DNA of 64,000 nucleotides. It comes from a virus. Lineage: Duplodnaviria > Caudoviricetes. The position numbers and the translations under genes were made by a program. Each line of letters opens with the position of its first letter. Position 1 is the first letter of the stretch. The stretch covers positions 96,193 to 160,192 of the IMG/VR virus record IMGVR_UViG_3300026549_000038. The stretch is one strand, 5' to 3'. Of this stretch, positions 19,768 to 29,964 are shown piece after piece. The notes under the pieces were generated by a model. That model saw nothing but the letters and a program-made list of their open reading frames with translations. It was not told the DNA's origin and searched no databases.

Positions 19768-20967
19768 ATGAATATACAGGATAAAATTCAACAATATATA
19801 GACCACAATTCACAACTTGTAGAACAGTATGATTCTAATCACGACAATATCCCTTTGGAGTTAAGTGCAGATGATATAGAAGAATCATATATTAGATACC
19901 GGAAATCGGGTGGCCAATTAAATTTACTATCGACATTGGCTTATGCAGTGCAGTATTCTATAGATTATGGCGTGAATATAGTAGACGCATATGACAATCT
20001 GATAGCTAAGGGTTCTGTAGATCGTTCAAATTCGGAAAATGTTATTCAATCATACTTTAAAGAAGTGAATGACATATATAATAAGAATGATAATAATTAT
20101 GACATTGAATATTGCCCAGAAAACCGAGACAAGCTTATTGAGATGAACCTCAAGACCGTAATCAGTATAGCTAAGAAATACCAGGGTCTGGGATTAGATT
20201 TAGCTGATTTGATCAGTGCCGGCAATGTCGGGTTGGTCACGGCTTGGGAGAAATATGACCCATCCAGGATGAAGATTAAAGATCAGATTATCAAAGAGTT
20301 AGAAGATCTTCCGAATAAAATTTCTTCAGTAGATTTCAAGAACATAATCAGTAAATATATGGAATACGGAGACGCCACATTAAAACTCTACGAATCAGAA
20401 ATTTTCAATAAGCAAAAGATAACCAAAGAGGAAGCATTGAAATTTGTAGAAGACAACATCAAAAATGCAAAGTTCAATAGTATTGCAGTAATGTGGATTA
20501 GGGCATATATTCTTATAGAAATAGATAAGTACAGCAGGGTTGTAAAAAAGCCTAAATCCGAAATCATAGCAGACAAAGAACTTCACGGTGCTTATAGGCG
20601 GGAATCTTTAATCAATATAGATGAACCGATAGGCGACGATGACGGTATGACAATAGGGGATAAAATTTTAGGTACAGATGACGATCCCAGTAGTATTGAT
20701 ATCGGAGAGGCTTACGACACATTTAAATCCGGTCTCAAGAAACTTTTAGACGGGGTGAAAACTAGAGACCGAGCAATATTCTTAAAGAAGTTCGGAATCG
20801 GCATTCCAAGACCGATGACTCCTAAAGAAATAGCTGAACAGGAAGAACTTTCAATAGCACGCGTAAGTCAGATACTTCAAAATGTATTGGAAACCATTAG
20901 GAAAAATCAGGTCAAGTATAATATCGATCCTGAGATGATGTATGACGCACTTGAAAAATTCCAATAA
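19768..20967 (+). CDS. sigma70-family RNA polymerase sigma factor
   Basis: Region 2 NLKTVISIAKKYQGLGLDLADLISAGNVGL...EKYDP, AVMWIR; region 4 HTH MTPKEIAEQEELSIARVSQI. Confidence 0.92.
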   Translation: MNIQDKIQQYIDHNSQLVEQYDSNHDNIPLELSADDIEESYIRYRKSGGQLNLLSTLAYAVQYSIDYGVNIVDAYDNLIAKGSVDRSNSENVIQSYFKEVNDIYNKNDNNYDIEYCPENRDKLIEMNLKTVISIAKKYQGLGLDLADLISAGNVGLVTAWEKYDPSRMKIKDQIIKELEDLPNKISSVDFKNIISKYMEYGDATLKLYESEIFNKQKITKEEALKFVEDNIKNAKFNSIAVMWIRAYILIEIDKYSRVVKKPKSEIIADKELHGAYRRESLINIDEPIGDDDGMTIGDKILGTDDDPSSIDIGEAYDTFKSGLKKLLDGVKTRDRAIFLKKFGIGIPRPMTPKEIAEQEELSIARVSQILQNVLETIRKNQVKYNIDPEMMYDALEKFQ

Positions 20968-21047
20968 ATCAAACAAAACCTACGAAAATTTAAGAGATCT
21001 ATACAGAGATATATTATTTTATATATAAACAAAAATAACTAAAAATA

Positions 21048-21836
21048 ATGAGTTTAATTGGAATTAGAGGACATAGAGGTAGCGGCAAAAAAACTGTTGC
21101 ATATCTCCTTGGACAGACGATAGAGTATCTGGCAGAGCGTTCAAATCAAACAATAGACATCGAAGAGTTCCGAGAGTATTTTAAACTCTGGTGCAAGGAT
21201 ATTTGTGAGAATGAAGACATTATATATAATATAGATCTGAAACGGGTGTACTTTGACTCATTTGGAGATGCTCCTAGGATTCATGTAAAGATGTTGCTGG
21301 GATGTAACACTGATTGGTTGTATAGTGACTATATGAAAGATCATGTGGTGGTTTGTTTGAATGACTTTACATGCAAAGAGTACGATGAGGTTCCGAGTTC
21401 AGTCAAGACCGCAGCCGAAGTGAACAAACTTATGATTGAAAAGTCTAAGAACGGACCTGCAGATCTCAGCAAAGAAGAACCCATATTTATGACTCTGCGA
21501 GAATTTATACTTTATTTTGGAATCTTTGTTATGCAGATGGGATTTGGGAAAAATGTCTGGGTAAAGTCATACAAAGCCAATTCAAATATGTTTATAAACA
21601 TCTTTAACGAAGAGTATAAATATAGAATATATATGGATATTAAGTCTATCTCCGAGTTAATGTTTGTTAAGGATAGCGGAGGGGTAATAATTAACGTAGA
21701 AAGACCAGGTCATAAAAAGAAAGATACAGAGTTATCATTCAATAACTTTCAAGACGACGATTATAAAATAAAAATCGGGCCTAAACTAGAAGAATTAGCA
21801 GACCCGATTCTAAAAATTGCTCGAGATATTATTTAA
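21048..21836 (+). CDS. deoxynucleoside monophosphate kinase (T4 gp1-like), divergent
   Basis: N-terminal P-loop GHRGSGKKT, SFGD, TLREFILYFG...GKNVWV, GGVIINVERP. Confidence 0.75.
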   Translation: MSLIGIRGHRGSGKKTVAYLLGQTIEYLAERSNQTIDIEEFREYFKLWCKDICENEDIIYNIDLKRVYFDSFGDAPRIHVKMLLGCNTDWLYSDYMKDHVVVCLNDFTCKEYDEVPSSVKTAAEVNKLMIEKSKNGPADLSKEEPIFMTLREFILYFGIFVMQMGFGKNVWVKSYKANSNMFINIFNEEYKYRIYMDIKSISELMFVKDSGGVIINVERPGHKKKDTELSFNNFQDDDYKIKIGPKLEELADPILKIARDII

Positions 21837-22561
21837 GATCTCAGCCAATCCCGCTTGATTTTAGAGTATGTGTCTGCATATGGAGATGTTCGAATAGAGT
21901 TTTCTAAAACACGACTCCAGCGATGCATATCTGCGCGTGCCTTTCTCGAGATTTCTACATCCTCGTTATTTTTAACATCAATATAATATTTTAAATATTC
22001 AACATCTTCGATAAAACTGCAGCGCCTTACAGATAGTATTGTATCTATGCATTTACGGTTAATCTGACTGAGTTTGCCATATAAAATTGAACATATAATA
22101 TCCACCCTTTTGGATGCAATTTCTTTGGGGTAAGCTATAATCATCTTTTTAAGATCTTGTTCGTCATGATTGAGGTTCGGTTTTCCATCCTTCACAACCA
22201 GATCATCAAACTCAAATGAATAACGCCTATCTCCTGGAACTGCATTCGGGAGAGAACGTGCAATATCTTTCATGTTCGAATCTACCTGCTTCAACTTCGA
22301 TGTATTTAAACTAAAATTTGGCAAGTTATTTAAATACAGCTCAACCAAATACTGCGCCAAATCTTTCCCATCTTTGTAGTTATCCTCAAAAAGCGTCAAC
22401 ATATTAAAAGTATCAAGCCAAGCAGCCAAATAATTCATGTATTCAAATTTGGTTTTTGGCAGTTCAGATAGGACTAAAGAATTATTTATGTTTTTAACAG
22501 TACGATTTATGTCACCGTCTGCAAAGAGACTTTCGCTTATATGAGATTGTAATGTTTTCAT
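21833..22561 (-). CDS. hypothetical protein with capsid-targeting-like leader
   Basis: Likely start ATG22561 (MKTLQSHISESLF); the longer track start runs through a terminator. Confidence 0.7.
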   Translation of the reverse strand: MKTLQSHISESLFADGDINRTVKNINNSLVLSELPKTKFEYMNYLAAWLDTFNMLTLFEDNYKDGKDLAQYLVELYLNNLPNFSLNTSKLKQVDSNMKDIARSLPNAVPGDRRYSFEFDDLVVKDGKPNLNHDEQDLKKMIIAYPKEIASKRVDIICSILYGKLSQINRKCIDTILSVRRCSFIEDVEYLKYYIDVKNNEDVEISRKARADMHRWSRVLENSIRTSPYADTYSKIKRDWLRS

Positions 22562-22583
22562 GTATATATAATAAAAAAAGAAT

Positions 22584-22612
22584 AAAAAAAGGAACCCGTA
22601 TGGGCTCCTTTT
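22584..22612. terminator. intrinsic terminator
   Basis: AAAAAAAGGAACCC-GTAT-GGGCTCCTTTT hairpin downstream of 22632..23942. Confidence 0.75.
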
Positions 22613-22631
22613 AGTTAAGAAAGATGAAATG

Positions 22632-23942
22632 TTATTCATTTTCGGTCAGTTCTTGAGCTAGTTTACTTAGGACTGCTAATTTTACAGGGTCATTCTTGAA
22701 CTTCTCTGTCAAGTCCGCAATTCTTGTACGAATATCATCTTTCTTTTTTGTCTCCAGTTCTTCTTCGACTTTCTTGCGGTCTTCTTCATCTGCTTTGGCC
22801 ATGTAACTTTCTACAAGTTCCTTATACTTGTCTCCAAGATTAACATTGGTTTTGCTTTGGATGAAACTGATGGCCTTAACCACATCCTCGTTAATTGACC
22901 AACCAGCTGGCTGATGTTTTGAACTTAGTGACATGGCATAGATGTTGGTGTCTCCGCTTTCAATAACCATGAATGTATCACGAGCAGTTTCGTAAATACC
23001 TACGTTATCCAAAGTAGCCACGCTGTCATAGTTCTCGGCCAAGAGCGCAACAGCCTCGAGCTGTCCTGCAATCTGATACTTGAATCTAGGATTGGTTGTA
23101 GCAACGATCATGTTGTTATCTTCACGAAGTTGTTCACAAGTGACTTCTTTTGCATTGCAAGCCTTTAGAACCTCAGGGTCTTTGCAGTTGCAACCGCGAA
23201 GTCTTTCAAGAGCCTTTTTCTGACATTTGATGCAGCTGCCATCCTCACTGATGATATAAGCGTTGTTTCCAACGGTTACATAGATGTTATTATCATCAAT
23301 CTCAGCAAGATTGCTTTCGAGCAGGTTGCTAATAGTCTTAAATGTATTGGATACTTCGTTCCAAGATGCCTCTACTACGTTTTTGTCTTCTCCGATTTTG
23401 AAAAGTCGCCCGAGAACTTCAAAACAATATCCATCACCAGTATTTTCTATGAGTGAAACTGGATGTTTGCAAGTATATTCAGCTGTAGCCTCTACAACAG
23501 GAGAAGAAGCATAAACCTGTTTTGCTATATTACGGAATGCTTCGCAGTACATGACGTTTTTTAGAGCCCCGGCTTTGATATACTTCACAACGTTTTCCTC
23601 ATCCATCTCAAGAAGTTTTTCTACCTGAGAAGCGGCGTTGCGGTTAAGATAGTTATAATGAGAAGTGTTTTCGTTGATTTTCTCTACTGCGCTTGCGAGT
23701 GCCCAGGAGGTCTTGTTAGAGTTTACATAATCAAGTACACTTTCAAGCGCCTCGTTTACACCATTATCATAGCGGCACTGTGATGCTTCTTTGATAAAAC
23801 TGTTTACAAGGGAACAAGTAGACTCATTAGCCATGAGCCATTTTTTGTAATTAGTTAAAAGTGTAGAACCTGTAGTTGTTTGAGCTGATGACTCACCGAT
23901 GATCTTGTCAAACTCAAGATCTGCTAAAATCTTTTTGTTCAT
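22632..23942 (-). CDS. hypothetical protein, probably virion/prohead associated
   Basis: 436 aa; preceded by TTATTATT and followed by own terminator; several I/L-x-E sites. Confidence 0.6.
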   Translation of the reverse strand: MNKKILADLEFDKIIGESSAQTTTGSTLLTNYKKWLMANESTCSLVNSFIKEASQCRYDNGVNEALESVLDYVNSNKTSWALASAVEKINENTSHYNYLNRNAASQVEKLLEMDEENVVKYIKAGALKNVMYCEAFRNIAKQVYASSPVVEATAEYTCKHPVSLIENTGDGYCFEVLGRLFKIGEDKNVVEASWNEVSNTFKTISNLLESNLAEIDDNNIYVTVGNNAYIISEDGSCIKCQKKALERLRGCNCKDPEVLKACNAKEVTCEQLREDNNMIVATTNPRFKYQIAGQLEAVALLAENYDSVATLDNVGIYETARDTFMVIESGDTNIYAMSLSSKHQPAGWSINEDVVKAISFIQSKTNVNLGDKYKELVESYMAKADEEDRKKVEEELETKKKDDIRTRIADLTEKFKNDPVKLAVLSKLAQELTENE

Positions 23943-24025
23943 ATCAATTATTTGGTATATTTAATCTAATAATAAAATATGAAGTGATGAAAAGAAAAAT
24001 GACTATTTTTGTACATTGATATTAA

Positions 24026-24280
24026 TTACCAAATTCTACAATATATAGCACCAGAAACGTGGAAGAGAGATTCACCCACTTTGAGCTTCTCTAGTTTTTT
24101 AGCCCAGTCCTCGTCCTCTCCAAAGTCATTAACTAAATCTTTATAACTATTCATACCATAAACCCCGACGAGACCAGAGTTATCATCATAATACATGTAT
24201 CCATATTTTCCGTTTTCATCGACTTCGATCATTTCCTGATTAGAGTATCCTTCTTTAATGTAACTTTGAATATTTTTCAT
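24026..24280 (-). CDS. small protein with capsid-targeting-like leader
   Basis: MKNIQSYIKE leader; C-terminus similar to 29965..30336. Confidence 0.7.
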   Translation of the reverse strand: MKNIQSYIKEGYSNQEMIEVDENGKYGYMYYDDNSGLVGVYGMNSYKDLVNDFGEDEDWAKKLEKLKVGESLFHVSGAIYCRIW

Positions 24281-24301
24281 TTTTTATTAATTTAATTTAA
24301 T

Positions 24302-24904
24302 TTAATATTCTATATTTATAATAACACTTTTCGATTTAAGATATTTCTGCACATTTTCTATTGTCGGCTCCATGTCTTTTTTTGGTTTTTCTTTTGAGTG
24401 TCTTCCGTTGTAAGCCCAGTAGAAAAATTTACATTCTCTCGGTGCTCCTTCAATTGAATTTAAAAGTCTGTTATGTTGACATTCAAAAACGCGGACTTTC
24501 TTTGGGCACCCTTCAAGACTAGTAAGACAATCACAACAATTTATTGAGAGCCTACTATCAAACTCACAATCAGGTGTGAACACTGTTGTAAGATCAACAC
24601 ATCCCGACGATCTTAAATCTAAACATCTTGCCTTATCGCCAACGAATTGGGAGATTTTATATTTAAGTCCTTTTTCCGGAAACTTAAATATTGACACTCC
24701 ACTCACATTCGAGGGGCAAGTAATCACATATCCTTTCGAATCCAAATCCAATCGGACACCAAGACGCTTCAGTTCACGATATTGATATATGTATTTAGCC
24801 AGTTCATCTATAGCCTCTTGCTTCAACACATTTTCTGTATTTTTGACTATATCGACATTTCCGCTAAAGATACTTTCGTCTATATACTCTTTAATATCCT
24901 TCAT
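24302..24904 (-). CDS. LRR-like protein with capsid-targeting-like leader
   Basis: MKDIKEYIDESIFS; LTSLEGCP, LNSIEGAP repeats. Confidence 0.75.
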   Translation of the reverse strand: MKDIKEYIDESIFSGNVDIVKNTENVLKQEAIDELAKYIYQYRELKRLGVRLDLDSKGYVITCPSNVSGVSIFKFPEKGLKYKISQFVGDKARCLDLRSSGCVDLTTVFTPDCEFDSRLSINCCDCLTSLEGCPKKVRVFECQHNRLLNSIEGAPRECKFFYWAYNGRHSKEKPKKDMEPTIENVQKYLKSKSVIINIEY

Positions 24905-24940
24905 GATTTGGATCTTATTTTTTATATAATAAACGCCATA

Positions 24941-25852
24941 TTATTTTACATAAATATAAAGATATTCGTCGTGTTTATGTGGGGTTTTGTTGTTGATGTG
25001 TACGGAGCGGTTTTTTGAGAGTTTGAAAGAATATTGCGGAGTTGGTTGTGATTTCATCAGGTCTTCTCTCATGACCAAAGCATAGACCATACAAGAATCT
25101 TTCGCTAAAAATTTATTATACAAGCACGTTAAAAATTCATCAAACTCATCTGTACACGTGAATCTCCCACACTCATATATTTCGAGATTATAATATGGTG
25201 GACAGGTGAACATAACGTTAAAATCTTCTTGTGGAGTATATGATCTCGCATCTTCATTGTGGAGCTCAGCATTCCAAAAATCAAAATAAGACTTTATGCT
25301 ATCTACCTTATCATATGTGTGATACGAGAGATCGTTGTATATGTACTTTTTGATTTCTGTCGAGCCAATCATCCTATGCCCCCAACCCCCGCACGGATCA
25401 AACACAATCATCTGTTTCATGTTGATCCCCACATTATCTTGAATCCATTGATAGACCCACTTGCAGAGTTGTGGATTAAATCCTCCATAACCGTAGTAAA
25501 TCGCGCTTTTTTTGAATCCAGAGAGTATATCATAAGTATTAAGTTGATCCGGGGTTTTATTCAGGTAATACATGCGATTTTCGAGGATTTTCTTACGGAT
25601 GTCCAAATCATACCACATTGTCTTTTCAACACAGAAATAATTATCTTGTTGAAAAGCCTTCACTATCTTATTTCTGTTACAGTTCAGCGTGAGTTGTCCC
25701 CGAGGGTGATCGAGATACCAAAAGAATTCCTGGTGTAGTTCTTCGCTAGTAGGACTCCACCAGAGTTCTGGGTCGATATTCGGAAACATTTTTTCAAAGT
25801 TCGTAGTTACGTCTTCGTCTGTCAAAAAATGTTTTATATTACTATTGTTCAT
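24941..25852 (-). CDS. DNA amino-methyltransferase (m6A/m4C type)
   Basis: SAM-binding FDPCGGWG, catalytic FTCPPY; start overlaps upstream nuclease stop by 11 bp. Confidence 0.85.
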   Translation of the reverse strand: MNNSNIKHFLTDEDVTTNFEKMFPNIDPELWWSPTSEELHQEFFWYLDHPRGQLTLNCNRNKIVKAFQQDNYFCVEKTMWYDLDIRKKILENRMYYLNKTPDQLNTYDILSGFKKSAIYYGYGGFNPQLCKWVYQWIQDNVGINMKQMIVFDPCGGWGHRMIGSTEIKKYIYNDLSYHTYDKVDSIKSYFDFWNAELHNEDARSYTPQEDFNVMFTCPPYYNLEIYECGRFTCTDEFDEFLTCLYNKFLAKDSCMVYALVMREDLMKSQPTPQYSFKLSKNRSVHINNKTPHKHDEYLYIYVK

Positions 25853-27140
25853 ATAAAAATATATTTAAAACTTCTTTAAGATTTGTGGAGAATACCTCTT
25901 TCCAGTTCAATTTATGTTCTTTAACCCAGAGCCGTTTCTTAGGATCTCGGATCGTCCAAGTCTCTATGGCATTATCATAGAAGTCGCTGTGTTTGTCTTT
26001 CCAGCTTTGAAGGGTCTTCTGGTCTTGAGCCGATTCCGGATCGAACGGGTGATGACCATGAACCCAACTGCCTTGTATCTCAAGATAAAGGTTCTTATCC
26101 GGAAAATAAAAGTCACAGTTAAAAGGATACTCTTCGCTTCTGTATTGATACTTATAGTTTATATTATTCGAATCAAGCCAGTCTTTAAATTCCTTCTCGA
26201 TCTTAGACGAGTTGAATGTCCCGTTGAGTTTTTTTGTCTCATAGGATTTCTTTTGAATTTCTGATTGAATGTGTTTTATATGTTCTTTATAATTATCTGT
26301 TTGAGAATATGATTCGGCGCCGTATCGTTCGAGATTGGTCTGTCTGATTTTAGATTTGATCTCTGAAGAAGCAAATGGGTTCTCAGCACCGTATCGTTCG
26401 AGATTGGTCTTCTTTGCCTTGGACTGCACAGTCTCGTTCTGCATAGGATTCTCTGTTCCGTATCGTTCGAGATTGGTCTGTCTGATTTTAGATTTGATCT
26501 CTGAAGAAGCAAATGGGTGAGAGACCCCGTAGTGTTCAATGCTTGTGGAGCGGATCTTTTCTTTAAAAGATTTTGTTTTGCTGTAGTGATCTACGCCGTA
26601 TGTGTCCAACAGGGATTCTTTAAAGTTTTGTCGCACAGTCTCGTTCTGCATAGGATTCTCTGTTCCGTATCGTTCGAGATTGGTCTTCTTTGTCTTAGAT
26701 CGCACAGTCTCGTTCTGCATAGGATTCTCTGTTCCGTATCGTTCGAGATTGGTCTTCTTTGTCTTAGATCGTATGGTGTAGTATTTTTCTTTAAAAATAT
26801 TATTGAACTCTTTGGTTTTAGAAAAGTTATCTACACCGTATCGTTCGAGACAGGACGTGCGCGACAGGTCTTTTTTGTTTGGGTCGTTGTTGGAACATCG
26901 TCTGCAGCAGTATTTGCGGTAGCCAACCGTACGATTTTCGAAAACAACCCTGCTACTGCAGACTCTACAGACCGGTCGGACATCTAAATTATTCTGAAAA
27001 CGATAGAGCCTCTCAGAGAACGAATCGCTGTCAGTATAATGAGTCATTAGGTATGAATAGAGTTCTGGATAGTTCCTTTGGAAGTATCTTGAGTCGATCG
27101 ATGGAAATTTTTTGTGTTTGAATTGTTCCAAATCCTGCAT
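25842..27140 (-). CDS. homing-type endonuclease: Zn module + TNLERYG repeats + Vsr/DUF559-like PD-(D/E)XK domain
   Basis: CRVC...YCCRRC; 23-aa repeats; CDFYFPDKNLYLEIQGSWVHG; likely start ATG27140 (MQDLEQF). Confidence 0.8.
   Translation of the reverse strand: MQDLEQFKHKKFPSIDSRYFQRNYPELYSYLMTHYTDSDSFSERLYRFQNNLDVRPVCRVCSSRVVFENRTVGYRKYCCRRCSNNDPNKKDLSRTSCLERYGVDNFSKTKEFNNIFKEKYYTIRSKTKKTNLERYGTENPMQNETVRSKTKKTNLERYGTENPMQNETVRQNFKESLLDTYGVDHYSKTKSFKEKIRSTSIEHYGVSHPFASSEIKSKIRQTNLERYGTENPMQNETVQSKAKKTNLERYGAENPFASSEIKSKIRQTNLERYGAESYSQTDNYKEHIKHIQSEIQKKSYETKKLNGTFNSSKIEKEFKDWLDSNNINYKYQYRSEEYPFNCDFYFPDKNLYLEIQGSWVHGHHPFDPESAQDQKTLQSWKDKHSDFYDNAIETWTIRDPKKRLWVKEHKLNWKEVFSTNLKEVLNIFLYEQ
26632..26771. 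repeat. perfect 69-bp tandem duplication (RSKTKKTNLERYGTENPMQNETV x2)
   Basis: CGCACAGTCTCG... starts at 26632 and again at 26701. Confidence 0.9.
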
Positions 27141-27184
27141 TATATTAATATAATGAAAGTCCAACATGTATTTATTAAATATAC

Positions 27185-27211
27185 AAAAAAAGACCTCAGA
27201 GAGGTCTTTTT
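27185..27211. terminator. intrinsic terminator after tail tube gene
   Basis: AAAAAAAGACCTC-AGA-GAGGTCTTTTT. Confidence 0.85.
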
Positions 27212-27238
27212 AAAAATCGGTAAGTATAAGTTGGGCGA

Positions 27239-27811
27239 TTATGCGTTGGTTTCGCTCCACCAGTCGCTTACGAAGCTTACGCTGACGTTGAAAGTTTCGC
27301 GAGACTCGTAATCGAAGCTTGATGTGACATCCTCAGGACCTTTAGACATCATAACGTCCTTCAACACGATATCTTGGTAAATATCTCCAACTCTGTTGGC
27401 AACTACAACCCTCATCCAATCAGCACAGTAATCTTTCTTCAGAACTTTCTCACCAGTACTGATATCATATCCGAGTTTTCCCCAAGCCTTCAAAAGCTTA
27501 TAAATGTAGTTGTCGATTCCGTTACGGAGGTTAAGAGAAAACTCTACAGTAATCTCTACTCGAGTCTGGTCAAGACCACTCTGAATGTAAGAACGGTCGG
27601 TTCCCATAAACCTCTGCTGGCTAACAGCAGGAACTTTATTTAAATTATTCAGACCATCAATCTTCAGAACATGCTCTGTAAGAATTGCTTCATCTTGAGC
27701 AAACTGACTACGAAGTGCCTCTGGGAGAGTAAAATACACTTCGAAGAGGTTTCGGTGTATAGGATCCCATTTGTTCACTCCTGCTTTACTATTTGTAATG
27801 TGTGGTAACAT
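27239..27811 (-). CDS. gp19: tail tube protein (T4 gp19-like)
   Basis: 190 aa; RNLFEVYF, FDYESRETFNVSVSFVSDWW C-terminus typical of tube proteins; own terminator. Confidence 0.75.
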   Translation of the reverse strand: MLPHITNSKAGVNKWDPIHRNLFEVYFTLPEALRSQFAQDEAILTEHVLKIDGLNNLNKVPAVSQQRFMGTDRSYIQSGLDQTRVEITVEFSLNLRNGIDNYIYKLLKAWGKLGYDISTGEKVLKKDYCADWMRVVVANRVGDIYQDIVLKDVMMSKGPEDVTSSFDYESRETFNVSVSFVSDWWSETNA

Positions 27812-27935
27812 AATTTTATCTCGTTTATTTAATTAAATAAATAATAAATGTATAGATCAAAAAGTTGTAAACAGTTTTAATTAAAAACTTGTAACTTATT
27901 TATTATATTTATATGAAATATAATTTATATTTAAT

Positions 27936-29918
27936 ATGAAAATCCCAAAAATAGAAGAACTAGATTCCCCAAAGAAAATGGGAAGCCTATATTTGAAGAA
28001 ACACTACCCGGAATTTTACCAATACCTTTGTAACAAATATAAAGGTTATCCTATAAAAAAGACCACCGAACTTGTATACCTTTATTACAATGAATTGTCT
28101 GAACCACACAGGTGCCCGGTCTGTGACAAATACACCACATTTCTCGACTACAAAAGAGGATATCAAAAGTACTGTGGGCTCAAATGTTCTAATTCTGACC
28201 CGGAAGTCAAAGCCAAAAAAGACGCAACATCAATAAAGAAATTCGGAGTTGCTCACGCGGCTCAAAATGCGTCCATAAAAGAAAAACTCATCAAGACTTA
28301 CACTGAGAGACATGGTGGCATGGGCAACGCTAGTTCGGCCGTGCAGAAGAAACAGCAGGCCACTATGGAAGAAACTTATGGTCATAAACACGCCATGCAG
28401 AACCCAGAGATACTTAAGAAATCTCAAGACACTCTCGAGAGCCATTACGGAGTCAGAAACACTTTCAAATCGGATCAAATTAGAGAAAAAATTAAGCAGA
28501 CTAATTTAGAAAGATATGGAGTAGAATATGGTCTTATGGCAGAAGAAATTAGAGAAAAAATTAAGCAGACTAATTTAGAAAGATATGGGGCAGAATGTAA
28601 CTTGTGTTTGCCAGCAATGCGCGAGAAAATCCGAAGGACTAATATAGAAAAATACGGCTCGTCAGAACCGTTTAAAGCCAAAGACATTAAAGAAAAAATC
28701 AAACAAACCAATCTCGAAAGATACGGAGACGTTATTCCGATGAGAACCGATAACATAAAGAAAAAAGTCCAACAAACCAATCTCGAAAGATATGGAGTAG
28801 ACAACCCTTCTAAATCACAGGATGTTGTAAACAAAATAATTGAAATCAAACGAGCAGCTGCAATTGATAAAATAGAAGATTTGTTGGGATATACAGAAGA
28901 AGGGGATTGGATTCGTAAGTGTCCGCACCAGGGATGTAATAAGTGTAATGAAAAAACTTATATAATATCTCCCGAACATTATCGCACACGTAAAGCATCC
29001 AACACAGAGCCATGCACAAATATTCTTCCCGTTCAACAAGGAAGATTATCTGGTACGTCTATAGAATTGTTTGTAAGAGATGTGCTTGATAAAAACCATA
29101 TTGAATATATTACTAATGATCGTACAGTTCTAGAAGGTAAAGAACTTGATATATATATTCCAAAATATCGTCTTGCAATAGAATGTAATGGTATTTACTG
29201 GCATTCATCAGCATGGAAAGATGTTAAATATCACTTTGATAAATACATCAAGTGCGCCCAGGCTGGAATTCAACTGCTTACTATCTGGGAAGATCAAATA
29301 GTTAACAAACCAGAAATAGTAGAATCCATCATCTGTTCTAAATTGGGAATATATGATATTCATGTTGGTGCTCGATTATGTAGCGCACGTGAAATTCCAC
29401 AGAGCACAGCCAAACAATTCCTGAACAAATATCATCTTCAAGGTTCTGTAGTGTCTAAATATAATATAGGTTTATTTTACAAAGATGAACTGGTGTCTGT
29501 TATGACGTTCGGGAGAAAACGCAGGGCTCTTGGAAACAAATCTGCAAGACCTACAGAGTTTGAATTATATCGTTATTGCACAAAATCTGGTGTTCAAATT
29601 ATTGGCGGTGCCTCAAAATTATTGAAATATTTTATAGATCACTACAACCCGACTATCATCGAATCATTTTCCTCTAATGATATTTCAAACGGCTCTCTTT
29701 ATGGATCTCTTGGTTTTTCCAGGGTCAGCGAAACATATGGTTCTTATTGGTACATAGATGAAAACCTAAGAAGATATCATAGGTTTAACTTTACCAAAGG
29801 AAAACTAGTGAAAGAAGGAGCAGACCCAAACTTATCAGAATCTGAAATCATGATGAACTTAGGATATACGAGGATTTATGATAGTGGTCAGACTAAATGG
29901 ATTTTAAAATTACATTAA
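27936..29918 (+). CDS. Hef-like homing endonuclease: Zn module + repeats + PD-(D/E)XK domain + C-terminal GNAT-like domain
   Basis: ELDIYIPKYRLAIECNGIYWHS; HLQG, ELYRYC, GGASKLLKYF, LYGSLGF, IYDSG. Confidence 0.8.
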   Translation: MKIPKIEELDSPKKMGSLYLKKHYPEFYQYLCNKYKGYPIKKTTELVYLYYNELSEPHRCPVCDKYTTFLDYKRGYQKYCGLKCSNSDPEVKAKKDATSIKKFGVAHAAQNASIKEKLIKTYTERHGGMGNASSAVQKKQQATMEETYGHKHAMQNPEILKKSQDTLESHYGVRNTFKSDQIREKIKQTNLERYGVEYGLMAEEIREKIKQTNLERYGAECNLCLPAMREKIRRTNIEKYGSSEPFKAKDIKEKIKQTNLERYGDVIPMRTDNIKKKVQQTNLERYGVDNPSKSQDVVNKIIEIKRAAAIDKIEDLLGYTEEGDWIRKCPHQGCNKCNEKTYIISPEHYRTRKASNTEPCTNILPVQQGRLSGTSIELFVRDVLDKNHIEYITNDRTVLEGKELDIYIPKYRLAIECNGIYWHSSAWKDVKYHFDKYIKCAQAGIQLLTIWEDQIVNKPEIVESIICSKLGIYDIHVGARLCSAREIPQSTAKQFLNKYHLQGSVVSKYNIGLFYKDELVSVMTFGRKRRALGNKSARPTEFELYRYCTKSGVQIIGGASKLLKYFIDHYNPTIIESFSSNDISNGSLYGSLGFSRVSETYGSYWYIDENLRRYHRFNFTKGKLVKEGADPNLSESEIMMNLGYTRIYDSGQTKWILKLH

Positions 29919-29945
29919 AAAAGAGCCCTTGTGAGCTCTTTTTTT
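29917..29945. terminator. bidirectional intrinsic terminator
   Basis: AAAAAAGAGC...GCTCTTTTTTT between convergent genes. Confidence 0.8.
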
Positions 29946-29964
29946 GATCATTTAAAGAATATAC

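Noticed and set aside
26321-26771. Spaced repeats as a CRISPR array
   Set aside because: 69-bp in-frame coding periodicity, no unique spacers, no cas genes
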